Below are positions 9,107 to 17,459 of a stretch of DNA of 64,000 nucleotides, in pieces. The notes under the pieces are model-generated. The model was not told where the DNA came from and did not search any database. It worked only from the letters and a program-made list of their open reading frames with translations. The stretch spans positions 18,294 through 82,293 of the forward strand of contig CAZXHH010000003.1 in NCBI GenBank assembly GCA_964639615.1, in the 5' to 3' direction. How positions within the stretch are numbered: the first letter of the stretch is position 1; each line of letters opens with the position of its first letter. Origin of the DNA: Candidatus Woesearchaeota archaeon (GTDB lineage: Archaea; Nanobdellota; Nanobdellia; Pacearchaeales; GW2011-AR1). The position numbers and the translations under genes were made by a program.

Positions 9107-9348
9107 TTTCTTTTTTTATTTACCTCTTTATTCTTCTCAAATAAACTCCAGACTAGATAAATTAAGATTAATCCTGCCAAAGAATAGAGATTAGCAGTTG
9201 CATTTTCAAAAAGAGAAGGACAAGAAGGTTTTGCAATATTTGGTGGAAGTTGCCCATAGCTGCAAGTAAATACATTAAATAATATCGAAAGAATCAAGGT
9301 AATAACTATAATACAAATAATCTTCTTAACATTTAGTTTAAAATTCAT
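9103..9348 (-). CDS. Small Cys-containing membrane protein, paralog A
   Basis: Starts MNFKLNVKKIIC, has an N-terminal TM helix and Cys residues, and ends WSLFEKNKEVNKKRK, like its neighbour. Confidence 0.35.
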   Translation of the reverse strand: MNFKLNVKKIICIIVITLILSILFNVFTCSYGQLPPNIAKPSCPSLFENATANLYSLAGLILIYLVWSLFEKNKEVNKKRK

Positions 9349-9656
9349 TTTCTTTTATTAACTCCTTTCTTCTCTTTTTCAAATATGCTCCAGATTATAT
9401 ATAATAAAATAGCTGGAATAAAAATTATTATCAAGTCTCTAATTATTTTTGAAATTGAGGTAGGTAAAGGACATCCACATTGACAGGTAAGAGGAATTAC
9501 ATTAAGTGTAAAGACTTCTGGACAACTGTTAATATCGATATATTGACAAGTCTTACAATAAACATGACTAGGATATCCAAAATTAATAAATATATACCAA
9601 GCAATAATAACAACTATACTAATAATAACCTTCAACCTAGTTAACTTAAAATTCAT
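9345..9656 (-). CDS. Small Cys-containing membrane protein, paralog B
   Basis: Starts MNFKLTRLKVIIS and has the same architecture and C-terminal WSIFEKEKKGVNKRK as the adjacent ORF, indicating a tandem duplication. Confidence 0.35.
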   Translation of the reverse strand: MNFKLTRLKVIISIVVIIAWYIFINFGYPSHVYCKTCQYIDINSCPEVFTLNVIPLTCQCGCPLPTSISKIIRDLIIIFIPAILLYIIWSIFEKEKKGVNKRK

Positions 9657-9709
9657 CTTCTTTATCCTCTTTATGTTTTATAGAAAGATTTATTTAATTA
9701 AAAACTTTT

Positions 9710-10324
9710 GTGTTAGCTATGAAGGCAAAAAAAGAAGTTTTAGTTATTGTTGCGCATCCAGATGATGAAGTCATTTGGGCAGGAGGAACACTCATGAAAA
9801 TGGATTCTTCAAAGTTTAACAAAACACTAATTGTTTTGTGCAGAGGAAAAGATACAGATAGATATCCAAAATTCATGAAAGTTGCAGAATTCCTAAAAGT
9901 AACTCCCTATATTTTTGATATAGATGATTGTGAAACTGGAAAATATATTCAAATTCCTTCAGAAGATATAATAAATAAAATTTCACAGGTTACAAAAAAC
10001 AAAAAGTATGATATTCTTTACACTCATGGAAAAGAAGGAGAGTATAAACACATTAGACATCTTGATGTAAATAAAGCAGTCAACGAAATGCTTTCTAAAA
10101 AATTACTATCGGCAAAAAAAGTTTTTTACTTCTCTTATCATAAAATGAAAAACAATTTCCAGAACTACGCATTATACAATTCAAATGCAGATAAACTTAT
10201 AAAACTAAAAGAACCTTATCTTAGCATGAAGAAGAAGTTGATAGTTGATGTTTATGGGTTTCAGAAGGGAGGTTTTGAGGAAATTTCTAGCAATAATATA
10301 GAAGCGTTTGACTTAAGAAAATAA
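9710..10324 (+). CDS. PIG-L/LmbE-family N-acetylglucosaminyl deacetylase
   Basis: Signature HPDDE motif (LVIVAHPDDEVIWAGG) and a downstream His (YTHGKEGEYKHIRH). Confidence 0.7.
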   Translation: MLAMKAKKEVLVIVAHPDDEVIWAGGTLMKMDSSKFNKTLIVLCRGKDTDRYPKFMKVAEFLKVTPYIFDIDDCETGKYIQIPSEDIINKISQVTKNKKYDILYTHGKEGEYKHIRHLDVNKAVNEMLSKKLLSAKKVFYFSYHKMKNNFQNYALYNSNADKLIKLKEPYLSMKKKLIVDVYGFQKGGFEEISSNNIEAFDLRK

Positions 10325-10333
10325 AATAGTAAA

Positions 10334-11473
10334 ATGAAGTGCTTATTATTATATCCTTATCCTGTTGAACCAGATGGAGTTTCTCTTCAAGGATATTATC
10401 TCGCTCTAGGTTTGAAAAATCTCGGTGTGGAGGTTATTCAATGCCATTACAAAGACAGTATTCAAAAAGAATACTACTTAAAACATATAAAACCAGATTT
10501 TATTATAGGAATTGGATTCTGGGGAAATGTTCCAGACATACTTCTTGACCCACAAAGATACGGACATATTGTTGTTCCTTGGTTTAATGCAGATGGCTGG
10601 GTTGCAAATTACAAAGAAGAGTTTGATAAATTAAAATTAATGTTCACAACAAGCGACTGGGTAAAAAGCATTTATAGACGTGATGGTGTAGATGTATCAA
10701 AAATACTTCCAATGCACATTGGAATTGATACTGAGTTATTTAAACCAAATAATAATCCTGAAGCAAATTTAAATTTAAGAAGACTTTTAGGAGTTAAAGA
10801 CAATGAAGTTATGATTTTCACAATGGGAGGAGACGTTACTTCTAAAGGTGCTCAAGAAATGATGAAAGCTCTTGCTCAAATAAACAAAGAATTCAAAGAT
10901 TGGGTATATGTTTGTAAGTCTTGGCCAAGCGAATGTGCTGAGCAATGGAGAGAATATGAAGAAGCTCTTGCAGACGAATTAGAAATACGTGATAAAATAA
11001 TTTTCTTAGATGATACATTCTCTCCTGAATTTTGTGCAGATATGCTTAATGCATGTGATATTTATGCAGCACCTTCAAGAATAGAAGGATTTGGAATGAT
11101 TCAGGTTGAAGCAATGGCTTGTGGAAAACCAGTTATTTCTATTAACGTAGGTGGACCAGCAGAAACAATTGTTCACGGAAGAACAGGATTTTTAGCAGGC
11201 GTAGCAGAAGAAATAAAATTAACTGAAGAATGGGCTTATCCACATATGGGATTTGAAGTTCAGAAAAAAGTAAAATTTGAAACTCCAAAAACTTTTGGTT
11301 ATAGAGCAAATGTTGAAGATTTAGCAAAATATACACTAATGCTTCTTAAGGATAAATCTCTAAGAGAAACTATGGGAAGAGTTGGAAGAGAACATGCTGT
11401 TGCAAATTTTGATTACAATGTTATTGCAAAGAAAATGCTTGATATAATTAAGGAAAGATTTGAGTTGAAATAA
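10334..11473 (+). CDS. GT4 (GT-B, family 1) glycosyltransferase
   Basis: C-terminal GT1/GT4 motif (EGFGMIQVEAMACGKPVISINVGGPAETIVHGRTGFL). Confidence 0.75.
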   Translation: MKCLLLYPYPVEPDGVSLQGYYLALGLKNLGVEVIQCHYKDSIQKEYYLKHIKPDFIIGIGFWGNVPDILLDPQRYGHIVVPWFNADGWVANYKEEFDKLKLMFTTSDWVKSIYRRDGVDVSKILPMHIGIDTELFKPNNNPEANLNLRRLLGVKDNEVMIFTMGGDVTSKGAQEMMKALAQINKEFKDWVYVCKSWPSECAEQWREYEEALADELEIRDKIIFLDDTFSPEFCADMLNACDIYAAPSRIEGFGMIQVEAMACGKPVISINVGGPAETIVHGRTGFLAGVAEEIKLTEEWAYPHMGFEVQKKVKFETPKTFGYRANVEDLAKYTLMLLKDKSLRETMGRVGREHAVANFDYNVIAKKMLDIIKERFELK

Positions 11474-11618
11474 AAATTCTTTTAGTAAATAGTTATTGTT
11501 AACAGTTTTAAGTGATTATTATAATATTGTAGGTTGAGTTAAACAAGGTTTGATTTTACAGAGATAATTATTTTTTAAGGAGTTAATAATATTTTTTAAT
11601 TATAACAGAATAAAGAAA

Positions 11619-12722
11619 TTAAATCAAAACCTTCTTTGCTTTCAGTGATTCATATGCAAGAATATACATTCCAGCTTCCCAAGCTTGAAGAGTTCCGTTG
11701 TGAAACTTATTAATAGGATTTGTCCATTCAGGGAAATTAGCAGCTAAATTTCTCTCAGCTAATTTTTCAAGTTCAATTTCAGCTTTCTTTATTTTTCCTG
11801 TCTTGATTAATGCAAGAATGTAAAATCCACCAATATATCCCCAAATTCCTCCATTGCTATAATGATTTGGCTCTCCTGCTTCACAATCAAGGAAGTAACT
11901 ATGCCAGTTTTCATCTCCCTCTTCTATAGGAGGATAAATTGTTTTAAGAGGATAAGGTTGATTAATTCTTTTCTTTTCAATATAATTTAAAATTTGCTCT
12001 GCTTTTTTTCTATCAGCTAAATCAAAAACAATTGCAAGAACATTTCCTAAACTATCAAACCACTCTCCAATCTCCATATAGACACCATGATTTTTCCATC
12101 TATAAGGAAGATAATATTTTCCCCACCACAATCCATCATCTTTATCATTATTAATTAGATTTTTTAGTTTTTGAGCTTTATCTGTCTCTCCAACTAAATT
12201 CAAAACTTTGTAATAAAGCGCATGAGTATTGATAGTATATCCATATCTATGAGGAAATGCATCCTGCCAATCTGAAGTTGGGAGCTGCCCCAATAAACCA
12301 TTTTCTCCAACATCCTGGCAAGCTAACCAGCTTAATGCTTTTTTAACAGAATCATTTTTTGGATTAAAGAAAATATCTCCAAATCTTTCCTTGAACATAT
12401 AATTGCCTATTATATACCACATTGAAGAATCAATTGTCTTAAAATCAACATGTGGAGGCCTATTTGAATATTTATCAACGCAATTAGGAATTTGTCCATT
12501 CACACTCTGTCCTTCTTTAAGTGTGTTCATGCTTGCTTTAATCACTTCTTTAAATTTATTTTTTTTAACTAAACTTGCACCTAAAGAAGTAATCATAGAA
12601 TCTCTAGACCAAACAGCATTATAACCGTCTTTTCCACCTGATGCAAAGATTCCAGCTTTATTAGAACATCTTTCAATGCATTCGACTGCTTTTGTGTATG
12701 CCAAATCAGTTATATCTTTCAT
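11619..12722 (-). CDS. Six-hairpin (alpha/alpha)6 glycoside hydrolase, GDE_C/GH63-like
   Basis: WSRDSMIT and ENGLLGQLPTSDWQDA motifs resemble amylo-alpha-1,6-glucosidase / GH63-type enzymes. The exact family is uncertain. Confidence 0.45.
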   Translation of the reverse strand: MKDITDLAYTKAVECIERCSNKAGIFASGGKDGYNAVWSRDSMITSLGASLVKKNKFKEVIKASMNTLKEGQSVNGQIPNCVDKYSNRPPHVDFKTIDSSMWYIIGNYMFKERFGDIFFNPKNDSVKKALSWLACQDVGENGLLGQLPTSDWQDAFPHRYGYTINTHALYYKVLNLVGETDKAQKLKNLINNDKDDGLWWGKYYLPYRWKNHGVYMEIGEWFDSLGNVLAIVFDLADRKKAEQILNYIEKKRINQPYPLKTIYPPIEEGDENWHSYFLDCEAGEPNHYSNGGIWGYIGGFYILALIKTGKIKKAEIELEKLAERNLAANFPEWTNPINKFHNGTLQAWEAGMYILAYESLKAKKVLI

Positions 12723-12723
12723 T

Positions 12724-13800
12724 TTATTTTAATTGTCCAAATGAAGCCATAATCTCTTTTAATGAAATTTTTCTTACACTTGTTACAACATCTCCTCCAC
12801 CAGAGTAGATTAAAACAGATTCACTATCTTTATCTTCAACAATTCCTGTTGGAAAAATAATTCTTTTCTGTTGATATAATTTCATTTCATAATCTTGTGC
12901 AGGAACTAAGACATTTTCTGCTTTTGCAATTAATTTTTTTGGATTTTTTAAATCAAATAATGCAAATGAACCACAGTAAGTATAAATTTGTCCTGGAATT
13001 TCTTCAACAGTATGATAAATTAAAAGCCATCCTTTATCTGTTTTAATTGGAGGGCATCCCGGACCAATTCTTCCATAAGATTCATCGCCTTTCTTAAGAA
13101 GATTTATTGCTTTCAAATTGCCCCAAGAAATCAGATTGTCTGAATATGCAATCCATATATGTGGCGGACTAAATTGAAAATTTCCTTCAGGCCTATCATA
13201 TGCAACATATTTTCCATTTATTTTTTCAGGAAAAATTACAACATCTTTATCTTGCTCTCCAAAAATTATTCCTTTTCTCTCCCAATCCTCAAGATTTTTT
13301 GAAAATGCAATAGATGTTGAAATATTCTCTTTTCTTGATAAAGAAACGTAAGTCATTACATACTTATCTTCTATCTTTATTATTCTTGGATCTTCAACTC
13401 CTAATTCTGCATCATTTACTGTTCCATAAAATGTTGGCCTCTTATCAATTGAAAGAATCTTGAAACCACTTTCATCTAAAAGAACTTTTCTTAAATGAGA
13501 AACAAAAGTTAATCTCTTTGTCCCATCTTTAAAATTTATATCAAAATCAGAATTTTTTGTAACAATTGCTTTGTCAAATTTGTCTATTTTTAATTTATAT
13601 CTATTTTTTCCAACCATCCTTGGAGAATAACAATATCTTTTATCCTCTAATTTAATTAATTGTTCAATTACTCTAACATACAAAACTATTTTTCCATCCT
13701 TTCTCCTAGCAGCAGCAGGATTAATTGTTCCAATTATTTTCAACTGCTTAGAAGATGGTTTAATCATCTCTGGTTTAATCAATAATGCCTCTTTTACCAT
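12724..13800 (-). CDS. GH130-family glycoside phosphorylase (beta-mannoside phosphorylase-like)
   Basis: Five-bladed beta-propeller signatures with the EDPRI motif (GVEDPRIIKIEDKYVMTY) and a second conserved Asp region. About 358 aa, typical for GH130. Confidence 0.6.
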   Translation of the reverse strand: MVKEALLIKPEMIKPSSKQLKIIGTINPAAARRKDGKIVLYVRVIEQLIKLEDKRYCYSPRMVGKNRYKLKIDKFDKAIVTKNSDFDINFKDGTKRLTFVSHLRKVLLDESGFKILSIDKRPTFYGTVNDAELGVEDPRIIKIEDKYVMTYVSLSRKENISTSIAFSKNLEDWERKGIIFGEQDKDVVIFPEKINGKYVAYDRPEGNFQFSPPHIWIAYSDNLISWGNLKAINLLKKGDESYGRIGPGCPPIKTDKGWLLIYHTVEEIPGQIYTYCGSFALFDLKNPKKLIAKAENVLVPAQDYEMKLYQQKRIIFPTGIVEDKDSESVLIYSGGGDVVTSVRKISLKEIMASFGQLK

Positions 13801-13955
13801 GTTTATATTATATACTCGAATATAGTTTTTAAATTTATAGAATAATACCTTAATTTTATTATATTTTTTAATGGATTAATTAGTTGAACAAGATTTTTAT
13901 TAATGGTTTATCAATATTGATTAAATATTTGGTAATCTAACTCTATAAAGAAAAA

Positions 13956-14639
13956 CTATATCAAACTTCCAGCTTTTTTATCTACAATTACAACAACATT
14001 CTTGTGTTTTCTTAAAAAGCTTGCAGGGAGATTTTCAGTTATTTTTCCATTCATCATTTCAGCTATTGCTTTTGCTTTTTTCCTTCCAAATGCAAGAAGT
14101 ATAATCTTCTTTGATTTCATAATTGTTGAAATTCCCATTGTAAGGCCTTTTCCTTCAATATGAGTTAATTGAACTAATCTAGTAACAGAATTTAATTTGC
14201 TTCCAGGTTCATTAAACCCAATATGCCCGTTCACACCTATTCCTAAAATCTGTAAATCAATTGTATTTTTCCTTATCTTTGTTTCATATTCTTTACACTC
14301 TTTTTTCCAGTCTCTTTTATTTCCATCAAGCAAATTTATGTTTTCTTTTTTTATATTTAATTTATCAAATACTCTTTTATACATATAATAAGCATAATTC
14401 TTTTTTTCATTTTTGCTCTTAGAAGGAGGATAAAACTCGTCTAAATTAAAAGTTTTGATTTTTGAAAAATCTACTTTTCCATTTTTGTAAGCATTTGCCA
14501 ATCTTTTGTATGTTCTTAATGGAGTTTTCCCAGTTGCAAATCCTAAAACAAGTCTCGGATTTTTATTTATCTCACTTATTATAAGCTCTGATGCTCTTTC
14601 TGCCATCTCTCTTTTATTTTTTACTTTAATTAATTCCAT
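13956..14639 (-). CDS. NagB/Pgl-family sugar-phosphate isomerase or 6-phosphogluconolactonase-like protein
   Basis: Carries GIGVNGHIGFNEPGS, the glucosamine-6-P deaminase / 6PGL signature, and LDEFY. Confidence 0.6.
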   Translation of the reverse strand: MELIKVKNKREMAERASELIISEINKNPRLVLGFATGKTPLRTYKRLANAYKNGKVDFSKIKTFNLDEFYPPSKSKNEKKNYAYYMYKRVFDKLNIKKENINLLDGNKRDWKKECKEYETKIRKNTIDLQILGIGVNGHIGFNEPGSKLNSVTRLVQLTHIEGKGLTMGISTIMKSKKIILLAFGRKKAKAIAEMMNGKITENLPASFLRKHKNVVVIVDKKAGSLI

Positions 14640-14640
14640 T

Positions 14641-15762
14641 TTATTTTAATACTTCTAATCCAGGAAGTTTTTCTCCTGCAATAAAACTAAGCAAAGCCCC
14701 TCCACTTAAACTAATATGTCCAAATTTTTTAATATTGATTCCTGAAGCTTTAATAGCATCACTCAAATGCCCTCCCCCAATAACTGAAAATGCTTTGCTA
14801 TTTGCAACTGCTTTCAAAATTGCGAATGTTCCTTTTGAAAATTCTTTTTTGCTACAATCCCCTGCAGGACCCTTCATGTAAATTGCTTTAGCTTTTTTTA
14901 TTTCAGCTAAATAATGTTTCTGAGTTTTCTCTCCAATATCAAATATCTCACACTTATCGCATGGAAATCTATCTAATAATTTTTCTACTCTTTTTCCATT
15001 TACTTCAACTGCAAAATCAAGAGGTGTTTCAACCTTCTTTAGTTTACTCTTATCTATTTTAATTAGAATATGTTTACTTTCAAGAAACTTATTTTGAAAA
15101 CCGAGAGCTTTTCCTTTATTTATCAAACAAACTTGTCCGAATAATCCACAACTAAGAACTTTATTTTTTCCAAGAAGTTTTATATTATCTTCTGGTTTTG
15201 CTCCACCTAAAATATAAAGTGTATTCTTCAATTTCAATTTTTTCAGTGCGTTAACTTCTCTTTCTAAAATTCTTCCTGCACAGCTCTTCTTAATATACTT
15301 TGGAAGAAGAATAGAAGTCTGCGCTCTATGACAAACAGAAAATGCATCATTTACATAAATTTCACAATGCTTTGAAAAAAATTCAGTTAATTTATTTGGC
15401 TTATCTTCTTTTTCTTCATCTAAAAATCTAATATTCTCCAAGAGTATTGCTTCTCCTTCTTTCAAATTTTTAATTGCTTCTTCTGCTTTCTTTCCAATTA
15501 TATCTTCTACAAACTTAACTTTAGAATATTTGCTTAGCTGTTCAGAGTGTTGCTTTAAAGAAATAAAATCCTCCTCTCCTTTTCTTCCCTGGTGTGCAAT
15601 TATGACAAGCTTTACTTTTTTCTTCTTTAGCTCATTTATTGTTAAAGCTGCTTCTTTAATTCTCTCAGACTTCAATAATTTTTTATTTTGAACATCAGAA
15701 TTTAAATCAGTTCTTAAAAGAACTATTTTTCCAGTAAAATCAAAAGAATCTAAAGTTTTCAT
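14641..15762 (-). CDS. pgk: Phosphoglycerate kinase
   Basis: 373 aa. The N-terminal substrate-binding pattern is KIVLLRTDLNSDV, and there is a C-terminal Gly-rich nucleotide-binding region (FSVIGGGHLSDAI). It is adjacent to gap. Confidence 0.7.
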   Translation of the reverse strand: MKTLDSFDFTGKIVLLRTDLNSDVQNKKLLKSERIKEAALTINELKKKKVKLVIIAHQGRKGEEDFISLKQHSEQLSKYSKVKFVEDIIGKKAEEAIKNLKEGEAILLENIRFLDEEKEDKPNKLTEFFSKHCEIYVNDAFSVCHRAQTSILLPKYIKKSCAGRILEREVNALKKLKLKNTLYILGGAKPEDNIKLLGKNKVLSCGLFGQVCLINKGKALGFQNKFLESKHILIKIDKSKLKKVETPLDFAVEVNGKRVEKLLDRFPCDKCEIFDIGEKTQKHYLAEIKKAKAIYMKGPAGDCSKKEFSKGTFAILKAVANSKAFSVIGGGHLSDAIKASGINIKKFGHISLSGGALLSFIAGEKLPGLEVLK

Positions 15763-16742
15763 TTTAGAAGTTTGATTAAATCAATAATTCTATTTGAATA
15801 ACCATACTCGTTATCGTACCAGGAAAGAACTTTAATCATCTTTCCATTTGCTTGTGTTAATTTAGAATCAAAAATTGAAGAATAAGAATTTTTAATTATA
15901 TCAGATGAAACAAGCTCTTCTTCAGAATACTGTAATATCCATTTCAATTCTTTTTGTGATGCTTTTTTCAAAGCTGCATTAATTTGTTCTTTTGTAACCT
16001 CTTTTTTTAATGTAGCAACGAAGTCAATTATACTTCCGCATGCAACAGGTGCACGAATTGCTAACCCATCCATTTTTCCTTTTAATTCTGGAATTACTTC
16101 TCCAACAGAAGTTGTTGCTCCAGAAGTTGTTGGAATAAGATTTATTGCTCCTGCTCTCCCTCTTCTTAATTTTTTATGAGGAACATCTAAAATAACCTGG
16201 TCATTAGTATATGCGTGAACTGTAGTCATAAATCCTTTTTCAATTCCAAATTCATCGTTAAGAATTTTAACAATTGGAGCTAAACAATTTGTTGTACAAG
16301 AAGCCATTGAAATTATTTTATCTTCTTTCTTAAGTTCTTTTTCATTTACTCCTAAAACAATTGTTGCATCAACATTTTTTCCTGGAGCAGAAATTATAAC
16401 TTTTTTTGCACCAGCCTTAATATGTTTTCCAGCTCCTTCTTTATCTGTAAATACTCCTGTTGATTCTACAACAACATCTACACCTAATTTTTTCCAAGGA
16501 AGTTTTTCAGGGTCCTTTTCAGCGAAAACTGCAATTTTCATATTATTAATTTTCAAAAAACCTTTTCCACCTTCAACAGTTCCATTAAAATTTCCATAAA
16601 CAGAATCATACTTAATCAGATAGACTAAACTTTCAATTGAACCCAAATCATTTATAGCTACAACATCTAATTTTTTTTCAAGTGCTAGCTTCAAAACAGC
16701 TCTTCCAATTCTACCTAAACCATTAATTGCGATTTTCACCAT
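15759..16742 (-). CDS. gap: Glyceraldehyde-3-phosphate dehydrogenase, type I (bacterial/eukaryotic-like)
   Basis: NAD-binding KIAINGLGRIGR and the catalytic-cysteine motif ASCTTNCLAP. Confidence 0.85.
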   Translation of the reverse strand: MVKIAINGLGRIGRAVLKLALEKKLDVVAINDLGSIESLVYLIKYDSVYGNFNGTVEGGKGFLKINNMKIAVFAEKDPEKLPWKKLGVDVVVESTGVFTDKEGAGKHIKAGAKKVIISAPGKNVDATIVLGVNEKELKKEDKIISMASCTTNCLAPIVKILNDEFGIEKGFMTTVHAYTNDQVILDVPHKKLRRGRAGAINLIPTTSGATTSVGEVIPELKGKMDGLAIRAPVACGSIIDFVATLKKEVTKEQINAALKKASQKELKWILQYSEEELVSSDIIKNSYSSIFDSKLTQANGKMIKVLSWYDNEYGYSNRIIDLIKLLK

Positions 16743-16779
16743 CTTTATACTAAAAAAAGGATTATTGATTTAATAAATC

Positions 16780-17148
16780 TTACTTCTTTTTATTTTTGTT
16801 ATTTTTTTCTTCTTTTTCTCTTTTCTTTCTTATTTTCTTTAACATCTTCAATCCTTCTATAAGAAGTATTATTACCAAAATTATAATTATTAAATTTATC
16901 AAGAATAAAACTATCTTTCCAAAGAAAGTATTATCTTTTGCAGGAATTATTTCAAATTGTGCACTTGCAGGACTAACTCCATCAGGATAAATCAATTCAA
17001 TTTCTATGATATATTTCCCTAAAGGCAAAACACCTGTATCAAAATTTCTCTTAAAAGTTATTTGCTTATCAATCAGAATTCTTTCACTCTTCTCTAAGTA
17101 AGTTCTTCCATCATAATCTTTAAGATAATAATTAATAGTTACATTCAT
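16780..17148 (-). CDS. Hypothetical protein with a C-terminal TM anchor
   Basis: 122 aa. The hydrophobic helix is near the C-terminus and is followed by a Lys-rich tail. An in-frame open region without a start codon continues upstream. Confidence 0.3.
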   Translation of the reverse strand: MNVTINYYLKDYDGRTYLEKSERILIDKQITFKRNFDTGVLPLGKYIIEIELIYPDGVSPASAQFEIIPAKDNTFFGKIVLFLINLIIIILVIILLIEGLKMLKKIRKKREKEEKNNKNKKK

Positions 17149-17426
17149 TCTTTTTTTATGTTCAATTGGGATTAAAGTAATTGAAGTTTTTAATTTGCTT
17201 CCACTATTAACAAGAGAATTATCGTTTAAGACTCTAATATTTGCATCAAATAAATATAATTGTTCTCCTTCAACACTCTCATTTTCTTCACCTTCTTCTT
17301 TGCTTTCAAGTCTAAGACTACATTCCCAACTATTCGAACCCTTCCCATTGCGTACTTATTATATATGTAAATATGCCTTATAAATATACCTATTATATAT
17401 GTATTATAGATTGAGTAGTTATTAAA

Positions 17427-17434
17427 AAAATTTA
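17427..17434 (+). promoter_or_regulatory. Putative TATA box for glyS
   Basis: TTTATAAA preceded by an A-rich BRE-like stretch, ~26 nt upstream of the ATG at 17460. This would give a leaderless or short-leader transcript. Confidence 0.3.
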
Positions 17435-17459
17435 TAAACTAAATGTAGTTATTAATAGA

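Noticed and set aside
9694-9876. 60-aa minus-strand ORF overlapping the LmbE start
   Set aside because: It is antisense to the conserved HPDDE-containing N-terminus of the deacetylase and has no independent features.
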